Below are positions 19,183 to 27,914 of a stretch of 38,001 nucleotides of DNA, piece by piece. Under the pieces are notes generated by a model. That model was not told where the DNA came from and searched no databases. It worked only from the letters and a program-made list of their open reading frames with translations. This stretch comes from Polyangiales bacterium (GTDB lineage: Bacteria > Myxococcota_A > Polyangia > Polyangiales > Houyiibacteriaceae), in the NCBI GenBank assembly GCA_048550275.1, contig JBLYYU010000263.1, forward strand, positions 1 through 38,001, given 5' to 3'. Position 1 is the stretch's first letter, and each line of letters opens with the position of its first letter. A program made the translations under genes and the position numbers.

Positions 19183-20862
19183 ATGTTGAAGAAGCTTATT
19201 TGGATTGCGACTTGTGCAACGCTCGTCGCCGCGTGCGGCAGCGACGAGAGCCACGGGGGCAGCGGGGGCAGCGGTGGAGCCGGCGGCTCAGGCGGAGAAC
19301 CGCGCGGGCTCATCGTCGAGACCTTGCAAGGCTCTGTCGAAGGCTTGGAACAAGATGGTGTTCACGTATTTCGTGGCGTGCCCTACGCAGCGCCGCCCGT
19401 CGGCGAGCTCCGATGGAAGCCGCCACAGCCCGCGATCGAGCGTGATGGCCTTTTCGACGCCACCGCTCGCGGAAACGCCTGCATGCAGAACATCCTGATC
19501 CTCGGAGCGACCGGCGATGAGGATTGCCTCGTGTTGAACATCGCGACACCGGCCGAGGGCGAAAACCTTCCCGTCATGTTCTGGATCCACGGCGGCGCGT
19601 TCACCCTCGGCGAGGGCGCACAAACCGACGGCGGCACCCTCGGCGACGAGATCGCGAGAGAGGCCGGCGTGATCGTTGTCACGGTCAACTATCGCCTCGG
19701 CGCGTTTGGCTTCCTGTCGCACTCTGAGCTGAGCGACGAGTCACCCGAGGGCGCCTCCGGCAACTACGGGCTCATGGACCAGACCGCGGGGCTCGAATGG
19801 GTGCGCGACAACATCGCCGGTTTCGGCGGCGACCCGAACAATGTGACGATCTTCGGCGAGTCGGCAGGCGGCTTCAGCGTCTGCTCGCATCTCACCTCAC
19901 CGATGAGCGCCGGCCTGTTCCACAAAGCGATCACCCAGAGCGGAAATTGTGTGCGCCCCTGGCTGTCCCTCGAAGGAGCGGAGGCACAGGGCGAGACCTT
20001 TGCGGAAAAGATCGGCTGCGACACGGAGGATGACGTGCTCGCTTGCTTGCGCGGGAAGTCCCAGACCGACGTGCTCGCCGCCTTCCCCGCAGGGCCGAAC
20101 TTCGGATTCACGGATCTCGAAGGCGAAGGCGCCACCTGGTGGCCTATCTACGACGGACATTTCTTCACCGAGCAGTCGGCCGTGCGCATGGCCAGCGGTG
20201 AGTTCAACCAAGTGCCGGTGATGCTCGGTTTCACGCGTGACGAAGGTCAGCTCTTCACCTGGATGGCCGAAACGGACGCGGAGAACCCGACGCTGATCAC
20301 CGAGGACAACTACGACGATTTCCTCGCGAAGTACCTCGGCGGCGACCCTGTTCTGACGGCCCAAGCCCAGGCCCAGTACCCGCCCGATGCCTACGCCGCG
20401 CCCGCCGAGGCGCTCGGCGCGTTCACCACGGACGTCGTGTTCCGCTGCCCGGCCAGGAACGAAGCGGCGCTTCTCTCGGAGCACGTGACCACGTACCTCT
20501 ATCAATTCGAGTACACCGGAGCCCAGTTTCAACTCGACGCCTTCATGTCGCGCCCGGAGTATGGGCTCGGAGCGTTTCACTCCGCGGAGATTCAGTACGT
20601 ATTCGGAAGACCGGCCTCGATTTCGATGACCGAGTTTGAACCCGGCACGGATTCAGACCTCTGGATGGCCATGATGGGCTACTGGACCCGCTTCGCGGCG
20701 ACGGGAGATCCCAACGGCGGCGGCGCACCGAGCTGGAGCGCGTGGACGACCGACGGCGACGCTCATCTCGTCTTTGATGAGACGATCCGCCCCGGAACGG
20801 GTGCTGCCGCAACGGAGTGCGCGTTCTGGGAAGACAAAGACTACTTGTCCGCTCTGTTCTAG
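19183..20862 (+). CDS. Type-B carboxylesterase lipoprotein
   Basis: Lipobox VAAC + Gly/Ser linker; GVPYA.PP.G.LRW, EDCL.LN, WIHGG, FGESAGG nucleophile, H..EI.YVFG. Confidence 0.92.
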   Translation: MLKKLIWIATCATLVAACGSDESHGGSGGSGGAGGSGGEPRGLIVETLQGSVEGLEQDGVHVFRGVPYAAPPVGELRWKPPQPAIERDGLFDATARGNACMQNILILGATGDEDCLVLNIATPAEGENLPVMFWIHGGAFTLGEGAQTDGGTLGDEIAREAGVIVVTVNYRLGAFGFLSHSELSDESPEGASGNYGLMDQTAGLEWVRDNIAGFGGDPNNVTIFGESAGGFSVCSHLTSPMSAGLFHKAITQSGNCVRPWLSLEGAEAQGETFAEKIGCDTEDDVLACLRGKSQTDVLAAFPAGPNFGFTDLEGEGATWWPIYDGHFFTEQSAVRMASGEFNQVPVMLGFTRDEGQLFTWMAETDAENPTLITEDNYDDFLAKYLGGDPVLTAQAQAQYPPDAYAAPAEALGAFTTDVVFRCPARNEAALLSEHVTTYLYQFEYTGAQFQLDAFMSRPEYGLGAFHSAEIQYVFGRPASISMTEFEPGTDSDLWMAMMGYWTRFAATGDPNGGGAPSWSAWTTDGDAHLVFDETIRPGTGAAATECAFWEDKDYLSALF

Positions 20863-20883
20863 GGCAGCCTCGCAGCCGGCTCG

Positions 20884-21945
20884 CTATCGCGCCGGCGCGG
20901 TCGGGACGGCCAAGACGGGGCCGCAAGCCGTTTCGTTCATGAAGACACCCTCTTCGTTCGGCCCCATCGCGGTGTTCGGCCCGGAGGTGGCTCCAATGAT
21001 GAGATCCGCATCGGTGTACGCGAGGAAGACGCACATCTCTTTGCCTCCGAGCCCGTATTCGAGACGCTCATCGGTGTCGTTGATGTAGCCGCACTCGACC
21101 CGCAGGCCCCCTGCCCCTTGGGAATGGATCGGCGGGTCCAGGGTGACGCCGAGCGGCTCACCGATCGAGTCTTCGAGCTCGAAGATGGTTCGCTCGGCCC
21201 CGCCGTCTTCGACGAAGCTGAGCCGGAAGTAGTTTCCCCATTCGTGGTAGTGGGCGAGAACGTAATAGATGCTGTAGTCGGGAGATTGGCCGAGCACGTT
21301 CTCGAACTGCTGTCCGAGGTCGCAGGTCATGGCAAAGCGGGACTCGGCTCGAGGCTCGATGTCGAGGGCAGTGTTCGTGAACGCGACCGGACGCAGACGC
21401 ACCTCGACCTCTTCGGCGGGAATCGTTTCGATGTCGAAATGGAGCGACGTTTCCATCGGGCTCGCCGCGACGTTGAGGAGATGGACGCCCCCGACGATCT
21501 TGTGCCGAGGAGGAATCTCCAAGGCGGCACCTTCTTGGAATGCTTGTAGCTCGTCCAAAGTCTGCGTGGACTGCGCAAAGAAAGCGCCGCCTTCGAGGGC
21601 AGCGGTCACATCGTGAAAGCCGCGCCCGTCGCAGTCCCAAGTCCCGTCAGGTCCTGCGTACGTCGTCTCGGGCACGAAGAACCAATTCGAGTGATGCCAG
21701 GCGCCCCCGTTCGTTTGCCGGATCTTCGATACGTAGAGCGTCTCGTCGTTGTCGAGCGACCAGCTCTGGCAGACACCGCTGATCTCCTCGCCGACGCCAA
21801 TCGCAAGCGGCTCGAAAGTGTGCGCGTGGGTCGGAACGAGCTCGGGCACTGTGCTCTCCTCGACGCAGCCGGTAAGCCCGAAACAAGCCACGAAGACGAA
21901 AGCCAGGCGCATCGATTGCCGCTCCGGTTTGGCAGACTCGGTCAC
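20884..21945 (-). CDS. Lipoprotein with copper type II (PHM/DBH-like) monooxygenase-like fold
   Basis: Lipobox LTGC; HH...H (WHHSNW, VHLLN), HxH (AHYH) and EMC ligand spacing. Start is GTG 21945 or ATG 21912. Confidence 0.6.
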   Translation of the reverse strand: MTESAKPERQSMRLAFVFVACFGLTGCVEESTVPELVPTHAHTFEPLAIGVGEEISGVCQSWSLDNDETLYVSKIRQTNGGAWHHSNWFFVPETTYAGPDGTWDCDGRGFHDVTAALEGGAFFAQSTQTLDELQAFQEGAALEIPPRHKIVGGVHLLNVAASPMETSLHFDIETIPAEEVEVRLRPVAFTNTALDIEPRAESRFAMTCDLGQQFENVLGQSPDYSIYYVLAHYHEWGNYFRLSFVEDGGAERTIFELEDSIGEPLGVTLDPPIHSQGAGGLRVECGYINDTDERLEYGLGGKEMCVFLAYTDADLIIGATSGPNTAMGPNEEGVFMNETACGPVLAVPTAPAR

Positions 21946-22115
21946 GGGGCGAGGATAGCCGAGGAAGCCTAGCGGCCACAACGGTGTCGATGCGCGGCGC
22001 CAACTGCGGGCGTGCTTAGGACTCGTCGGCCGCCTGCACTGGTCGAGATCCGGAACGAGGCCTTCCCGAAGTTGCGTGCTGCTGCCTAGGACGCCGCGGG
22101 TGCTAGCTTTTGCTC

Positions 22116-22913
22116 ATGTGTGCGCACCCCGCAGATCCAAATGACTCGGCCGCCACGAGTTGGCCTCAGGACGCGTCGCGGGATCGCTTGATTGGCGACT
22201 GGCACATCTACCAGCGAAGGGGCGGGCACCGGACCAGCACGGATGACCTGATCACGGCCTGGTATGCGGTTCATCGGAATCCGGGCCGACCGGAACGCTA
22301 CCTCGACCTCGGGTGCGGGATCGGCTCCGTTCTGCTGATGGTCTGTCACAAGCTTCGACCGACGTTTGCCGTCGGCGTGGAGGCGCAAGACCAGTCGGTT
22401 CTGATGGCGAGACGCTCGGTAGCCGAGCTGCAAGATCCTCGAAGCGAGATCGAAGTGCGTCACGCAGACTTCCGCGAGGTCGGGGATGAGCGGTTCGACC
22501 TCGTCACTGGCTCACCGCCGTACTTCCCGCTCGGTACCGGCGTATTGCCAGCGGACGCGCAGCGTCGTGCGTGTCGATTCGAGGAACGCGGCGGTGTCGA
22601 GGCCTACGTCGGCGCGGCAGCCCGTGTCCTCGGCGCGCGCGCGCGGCTCTACGTCGTGTTTCAGACGCGCGGAAGCCGGCGGGTCATGGAGGCAGCCGGT
22701 CGCGAGCAACTACATCTGAGCGGGCGCGCGGATTTTGCGATGCGCGCGGACGACCGAGAGCCGTTTCTGAGCGTGTTCGAGCTTTCGCGAGAAGCAGTGG
22801 AATCGCCTCATCGTTTTCGCTGCGCGGTGCGGGACGCGGACGGCGAAGTGAGCGCGGAGTATCAGAAGCTTCGGGTCGAGCTCGGTGTCGCGGCGCCGAT
22901 CACGAACGGCTGA
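22116..22913 (+). CDS. SAM-dependent methyltransferase, tRNA m6A37 (TrmN6/YfiC)-like
   Basis: IYQ...GHR.STDD, LDLGCGIG, GSPPYF motif IV. Confidence 0.75.
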   Translation: MCAHPADPNDSAATSWPQDASRDRLIGDWHIYQRRGGHRTSTDDLITAWYAVHRNPGRPERYLDLGCGIGSVLLMVCHKLRPTFAVGVEAQDQSVLMARRSVAELQDPRSEIEVRHADFREVGDERFDLVTGSPPYFPLGTGVLPADAQRRACRFEERGGVEAYVGAAARVLGARARLYVVFQTRGSRRVMEAAGREQLHLSGRADFAMRADDREPFLSVFELSREAVESPHRFRCAVRDADGEVSAEYQKLRVELGVAAPITNG

Positions 22914-23268
22914 AGATCAGAAGCGCCAGAGCGATCAACGCGGGGAGGCCTTGAATGAACATGATCGACATTTGCGCGGTGAGCCCGCCGTAGAGACCGG
23001 CGAGGGACACGCAGGCGAGGAAGAAGACCTTCAGCGTGAAAGCGGTTTCGGGGTTTGCGACGACGAGGCTCAAGATGAGCCCGGCTGCGAGGAAGCCGTT
23101 GTAGAGGCCTTGATTCGCCGCGAGAGTCTTGGAGGTCTCGGCGTCTTCCTTCGATAGCCCGAAGGTCTTTCGGCCCAGCGGCTTGGTCCAGAGGAACATT
23201 TCGAGGACCATCGCCCAGATATGGAAGACGATGACGTAGATGATCAGGGCGGTGATGGCGATGGTCAT
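22900..23268 (-). CDS. DUF1304 family membrane protein
   Basis: H....LEMFLW, LAANQGLYNGFLAAGL, QGLPAL. Confidence 0.85.
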   Translation of the reverse strand: MTIAITALIIYVIVFHIWAMVLEMFLWTKPLGRKTFGLSKEDAETSKTLAANQGLYNGFLAAGLILSLVVANPETAFTLKVFFLACVSLAGLYGGLTAQMSIMFIQGLPALIALALLIFSRS

Positions 23269-23368
23269 GAGGCGGGAGGTTAGCAAACCTGCCCCTTTTA
23301 CCGAAGCGAGGTCGGACGCCGTCGATGACGCCCTTCCCTCATGCCCGAAATGACGGCACTATGCCCAT

Positions 23369-23644
23369 ATGCCCCGCCAGCGATTGACGGAAGCCCTAAG
23401 CGCCCTTCATCAGCAGCTCGAGTCTAGCGAGCAGATCGAAGCGGACGAGCGAGAGGCGCTGGTCCAAGCAATGCAAGAAATCCAAGAGGCGCTCGAACGC
23501 AGTCGCACCGAAACCGAGGCGCCCGAAGGCGACTCGCTGAGCGGACGGGTGAAGGCGCTGGTCGAAGACTTCGAAACTTCACACCCGAAGCTGGCCGAGA
23601 TATTGAGCAGCGTATCGGAGACGCTAGCCAATTTGGGGATCTAG
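23369..23644 (+). CDS. DUF4404-like small helical protein
   Basis: C-terminal FE.SHP.L...L..V...LANLGI signature. Confidence 0.8.
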   Translation: MPRQRLTEALSALHQQLESSEQIEADEREALVQAMQEIQEALERSRTETEAPEGDSLSGRVKALVEDFETSHPKLAEILSSVSETLANLGI

Positions 23645-23694
23645 AAACTAACGGCGTCTCGCAGAACGAATACAATTCATCAAAGGGGCAAAGG

Positions 23695-24156
23695 ATGAGT
23701 CTCACACGGAAATCATTTCTCACGGGATCCTTGGCGGTTGGGGCGCTTGCGGTTCTCGAAGGCTGCGGGAGCAGCGACGACGGCGCCGCAGGTAGCGGCG
23801 GGTCTGCCGGCACTGGCGGATCGGCCGGAAGCGGCGGGACGGCCGGCTCCGGTGGCGTAGGCGGCAGCGGTGGCGCCGGCGGCGGTGGCGCCGGGGGCGA
23901 CGGCGGTGCTGGCGGTGGCCAGGATCGGTGCACCGTTGGCGGGCAGGGGCCGTCCGACACCCACGGCCACGAAATCGAAATTCCGCAGGCCGACATCGAT
24001 GACCCACAGGACCGGGAATACTCTTCGACCGGCGGGACCCACCCGCACACGGTGGCGGTGACGGCCGCACAGTACGCGGAGCTCGCCGCGAACGGATCGG
24101 TCACGGTCACGTCGAATGACACGCACGCGCACACCTGGGTACTCACCTGCGGGTGA
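23695..24156 (+). CDS. Tat-type lipoprotein with Gly-rich linker and His-rich (3x HxH) putative metal-binding domain
   Basis: TRKSFL twin-arginine variant, lipobox LEGC, HGH/HPH/HAH motifs flanked by two Cys. Confidence 0.75.
   Translation: MSLTRKSFLTGSLAVGALAVLEGCGSSDDGAAGSGGSAGTGGSAGSGGTAGSGGVGGSGGAGGGGAGGDGGAGGGQDRCTVGGQGPSDTHGHEIEIPQADIDDPQDREYSSTGGTHPHTVAVTAAQYAELAANGSVTVTSNDTHAHTWVLTCG
23781..23920 (+). repeat. Low-complexity Gly/Ala/Ser coding repeat (GSGGSAG-like linker)
   Basis: Degenerate GGC/GGT-rich repeats encoding AGSGGSAGTGGSAGSGGTAGSGG.... Confidence 0.7.
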
Positions 24157-24166
24157 GGTGGCGTTG

Positions 24167-24907
24167 ATGAAACCTCGGTCGACCTTGGTTCAGGCCGTCG
24201 TAGTCAGCTGTGTCTTGATCGCGACGGCGTGCGGCTCGGAGAGCGCAATGGAGCGCTCACCGGACGCTCTGGCGACTGCGCTGACGCCGCGGCAATCACC
24301 GGAATACTACGTCGAGCAGGCGCACAAGTACTTCGACACCCTCGACACCAGCGCCGACCCCGATAGCGCTCCGACTTATTCGACGCTCGTCGCGCGCTGG
24401 GAGCTCCCGCCCTGGCTCTGGCTGACCGGGTACGGCCGGGACAACATGGTCCTGACGACGCAACTCGCGCTGGGCCTCGACCCGTCGACCGTGCCGACCC
24501 GTCATTGCCGCGCGTTCGCCGTTCAGCCGTTCGCCCGCTGCTACGTGACGTTCGAGTACGACGGGGGCTCGTGCCCGATTTACGAGGAGTTCGTGTTCAA
24601 CGACCAGGGCGAGATGACGTTCATCGAAGCCTGGTCGGACCAGCCGGGCCTGCTGCCCACGTCAGATCCGAGCGACCGTTGGGCGGAAGGGACCGGCGTA
24701 CAACGACTATCGACGAAGGTGCCCGGGCTCGGAAACGACACGGGCCTGATCGACTTGGACTCCGATGCGATGCAACGCGCGGCGAGCGAAGACGCGGAGC
24801 TTGCCGATTTCGTCAGACGGGCTCGGGACTTCTGGCCGACGTGGCAAGAGGCAGCGGCCGAAGCGGGGCCGGACTATTTCGCCCGTGGCTGCGGCTGGAC
24901 CGAATAG
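24167..24907 (+). CDS. Hypothetical lipoprotein
   Basis: GAGGTG RBS; lipobox ATAC; Trp/Cys-rich globular domain. Starts 10 nt after the His-rich gene. Confidence 0.7.
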   Translation: MKPRSTLVQAVVVSCVLIATACGSESAMERSPDALATALTPRQSPEYYVEQAHKYFDTLDTSADPDSAPTYSTLVARWELPPWLWLTGYGRDNMVLTTQLALGLDPSTVPTRHCRAFAVQPFARCYVTFEYDGGSCPIYEEFVFNDQGEMTFIEAWSDQPGLLPTSDPSDRWAEGTGVQRLSTKVPGLGNDTGLIDLDSDAMQRAASEDAELADFVRRARDFWPTWQEAAAEAGPDYFARGCGWTE

Positions 24908-25003
24908 ACGCGCTCAACCGAGCGCACTCGGGGATTCGAAGGCGGCCCGCTCGACAGCGGCGCGCTGGTCTTTCATTAGGGAGAAGCTGATGGGACCGGA
25001 TCG

Positions 25004-26215
25004 ATGAGCACTGAGATCAAAACGAGCGACAGCCTTCACGACGTTCGCTACGAGATACGCGGGCAGTTGGCTCAGCGCGCGCAGGACATGGAGCGCCGAG
25101 GGCACGAGATCATCTCGATGAACATCGGGAACCCCGGGCTGTTTGGCTTTCGCACCCCAGAGACGATGCGAATGGCGATGATTGAAAATCTGCCGACCAG
25201 CGAAGCCTACTGCCATCAGAAGGGGATCTTTCCCGCGCGCGAAGCAGTGGTCATGCAGCAGCAAGAGCGCGGGGTCATGAACGTGACCGCCGAGCACGTC
25301 TTCATCGGCAATGGCGTGAGCGAGTTGATCGACTTGACCTTGCGCGCCTTGATCAACGACGGCGACGAGGTGCTGATCCCGAGCCCGGACTACCCGCTCT
25401 GGACGGCGGCGGTGACTCTGAACGGTGGTAAGGCGGTTCACTACCCTTGCCCGCCGGAAAGTGATTTCCAGCCTGACCTCGAGGCACTGGCCGGCCTCAT
25501 CACGGATCGGACCCGCGCGATCGTGATCATCAACCCGAACAACCCGACAGGCGCCGTGTACAGCCGCGAGGTCCTCCAGGCGATGGTGGCCCTGGCCGAA
25601 GAGCATGACCTCGTCATCTTCAGCGACGAGATCTACGACGGGATGGTGTACGACGACGCGGAGTTCGTTCCGGTCGCGCCCTTGGTGAAGGATACGCTGT
25701 GCGGTACCTTCAGTGGTTTGTCGAAGGTGTACCGCGCTTGCGGTTTTCGTGTCGGCTGGGTGGTCTTCAACGGAACCAACGAGCTTGCGACGGACTACCT
25801 GAACGGGCTCGACCTCCTCGCGTCGCTACGTTTGTGTAGCAACGTCCCAGGACAGTGGGGCGTACAGACAGCGCTTGGCGGCTATCAGAGCTTGAAGAAG
25901 CTGATTCGGCCGGGAGGGCGGCTATACGAATCGCGGCAGGCGGTGATTCGCGGGGTCGACGCGAGCGACTATCTGAAGCTGGTCGCGCCTGGCGGCGCGA
26001 TGTACGCGTTCGTAGGCGTAGACACGGACAAACTTCCCGATTTCGACGATTTGGATTTCGCGATGGAGCTCCTCGAGAAGCAGCATGTGCTGGTAGCGCC
26101 GGGGTCTAGCTTCAACGTCGAATACCGAAACTATTTCCGGATCACGGTCTTGCCGCACGCGAAGGTAATCGAAGAAGTGTTTCGGCGGATTGAGAAGGTT
26201 CTGAGCAGCGAATAG
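25004..26215 (+). CDS. alaA: PLP-dependent class I aminotransferase, AlaA/AlaT (alanine transaminase) type
   Basis: V.YEIRG, NIGNP, GNGVSELI, PDYPLWTA, NPNNPTG, SDEIY, GLSK.YRACGFR.GW, RLCSNVP.Q. Confidence 0.88.
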   Translation: MSTEIKTSDSLHDVRYEIRGQLAQRAQDMERRGHEIISMNIGNPGLFGFRTPETMRMAMIENLPTSEAYCHQKGIFPAREAVVMQQQERGVMNVTAEHVFIGNGVSELIDLTLRALINDGDEVLIPSPDYPLWTAAVTLNGGKAVHYPCPPESDFQPDLEALAGLITDRTRAIVIINPNNPTGAVYSREVLQAMVALAEEHDLVIFSDEIYDGMVYDDAEFVPVAPLVKDTLCGTFSGLSKVYRACGFRVGWVVFNGTNELATDYLNGLDLLASLRLCSNVPGQWGVQTALGGYQSLKKLIRPGGRLYESRQAVIRGVDASDYLKLVAPGGAMYAFVGVDTDKLPDFDDLDFAMELLEKQHVLVAPGSSFNVEYRNYFRITVLPHAKVIEEVFRRIEKVLSSE

Positions 26216-26240
26216 CGAACCCCTCCGCTACATCCACACA

Positions 26241-27878
26241 ATGACCAGTTCACGCAGTAAGTTACGCCCAGTTCACCTGATTGCACTCGCGTTGACGGCC
26301 GCGACTCTGCTCGGACTCGCCTTCGTCGCCCGCAAGGTGGTGACACACGGTGGGCGCGCTCTTGCTGCACCCGACTTGGTGGGTGAAGTCGCGGATCCAC
26401 CGAACCGCGCGGCTGCGGAGCCTCCTGCGCCCGGAACGACCACGGTCGAGCTCGAAGGCAGCGATGAGGTGCTGACCAACCCGGGAATGGGGTTCACGAG
26501 CTTTCACTTCGGATGGTGGTGCAATCTGCCTCCGATCACGTACCCGCCGAAGGAATGCGCCAAGCGCGTGCGTCAGCATTGGCCTGAGAACTACCCCGCA
26601 GCCGGGACGGCCTATTTCCGTTGGCATTGGCGAGACATCGAGCCCGAACGTGGTCAGTTCGCCTTCGACATGATCGACGCCGCGATTCAATCCGCGAACC
26701 AACTCGGGATGACCCTGTCCTTCCGTGTGATGACCGTCGCCGAAGGGAAGTCCGGCCTTCCAGATTGGTTGATGAACGCGCCGCACAAAGTCTCCGGTGA
26801 CTGGCGCCCGGGAGACGGCGGCAAGACGTTCTGGCCGGACTACCGCGACCCGAAGTACCAGAGCGAGCACGCTCGCATGATCGCCGCGCTCGGGAACCGG
26901 TACAACGGACATCCCGCTGTCGACCATGTCGACATCGGAACGGTGGGTTGCTGGGGTGAGTGGAACACGGCCTGTTTGTCGAACGTCGAGAGCCTCATCG
27001 AGGTCTACGAGCCCTCCAGCCGCAAAGAACGCCGTCAAATCGTGAAGGCACTGACGCAGCTTATCGACCACCACCTCACGGCCTTTTCGAAGACGCCGGT
27101 GATCATGCTGGGGTTGAACGCCGAGGACGTCGAGATGATGGTGCACGCCACTCGGGGCGGCGCAGGCTGGCGCGCAGATTGCTGGGGCGACTGGGGACTG
27201 TGGGGCGGCTCATGGAGCCATCAAGGCAAGCTCTACCCGCCGATGATCGCCGCGGCGACGGCCGCAGACGCCGAGTTCGTCGACGTATGGAAAAGAGCGC
27301 CGATTCAGCTGGAGATCTGCGGGACCCTCGAGAAGTGGAACTCGCTGGGATGGACCGCGTCCAAGCCCGACGGCAAGGTCTACAAGTCGTTCCAGTGGGC
27401 TCTGGCGCAACATGCGTCGGTGCTCAACGCCAAATCGAAGCCGGTGCCAGGCGCCTACACGGACGCGATCGACGAGCTGCTCAAGCGTGTTGGTTATCGC
27501 TTCACCGTCGACCGCTTCAATCATGGCAAGACGGTTCAACCTGGCGCCAACACCACTTTCATTTCGCAATGGCGCAATCTCGGGGTGGCGCCTGCGTATC
27601 TCCCGAGGACGCTTACCTACCGCCTCCGCGGAAAGTCCAAGAGCGTCATCTTTGCTAGCTCAGAGGACATCCGCACCTGGCTGCCAGGTAGCTGGAACGT
27701 CAGCGACACGGTCCGCATTCCTGACGAGCTTCCGACGGGCACGTACCAAGTGGACGTCGCGATATTGGACCGGGATGGCACCGCGCCTGCGACCACGGCG
27801 CTGCCCCCATTGCTCCTTGGCAACGCCGGCCGCAGAGCCGACGGCTGGTATCGGGTCTCGGCGCTCGAAGTGAAATGA
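26241..27878 (+). CDS. Membrane-anchored DUF4832-domain glycoside hydrolase-like protein (beta-galactosidase-like TIM barrel)
   Basis: N-terminal TM; NPGMGF, YFRW.W..IEPE.G.F, G.WGEW, GWRADCWG, VGYRF, N.GVAP.Y, WLPG. Confidence 0.7.
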   Translation: MTSSRSKLRPVHLIALALTAATLLGLAFVARKVVTHGGRALAAPDLVGEVADPPNRAAAEPPAPGTTTVELEGSDEVLTNPGMGFTSFHFGWWCNLPPITYPPKECAKRVRQHWPENYPAAGTAYFRWHWRDIEPERGQFAFDMIDAAIQSANQLGMTLSFRVMTVAEGKSGLPDWLMNAPHKVSGDWRPGDGGKTFWPDYRDPKYQSEHARMIAALGNRYNGHPAVDHVDIGTVGCWGEWNTACLSNVESLIEVYEPSSRKERRQIVKALTQLIDHHLTAFSKTPVIMLGLNAEDVEMMVHATRGGAGWRADCWGDWGLWGGSWSHQGKLYPPMIAAATAADAEFVDVWKRAPIQLEICGTLEKWNSLGWTASKPDGKVYKSFQWALAQHASVLNAKSKPVPGAYTDAIDELLKRVGYRFTVDRFNHGKTVQPGANTTFISQWRNLGVAPAYLPRTLTYRLRGKSKSVIFASSEDIRTWLPGSWNVSDTVRIPDELPTGTYQVDVAILDRDGTAPATTALPPLLLGNAGRRADGWYRVSALEVK

Positions 27879-27914
27879 TGCCGAGCATCGCCGTTTTGGC
27901 TACACTGCGCGTCC

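Noticed and set aside
10180-22913. A dedicated translation quality-control cluster (EF-G2, TruC-like, DEAD helicase, ArfB, tRNA methyltransferase)
   Set aside because: The genes lie on mixed strands and are interspersed with unrelated ones, with no shared operon or motif.
23781-23920. GGC-rich repeats as a possible CRISPR or VNTR
   Set aside because: These are degenerate codons for a Gly/Ser linker, with no fixed repeat-spacer structure.
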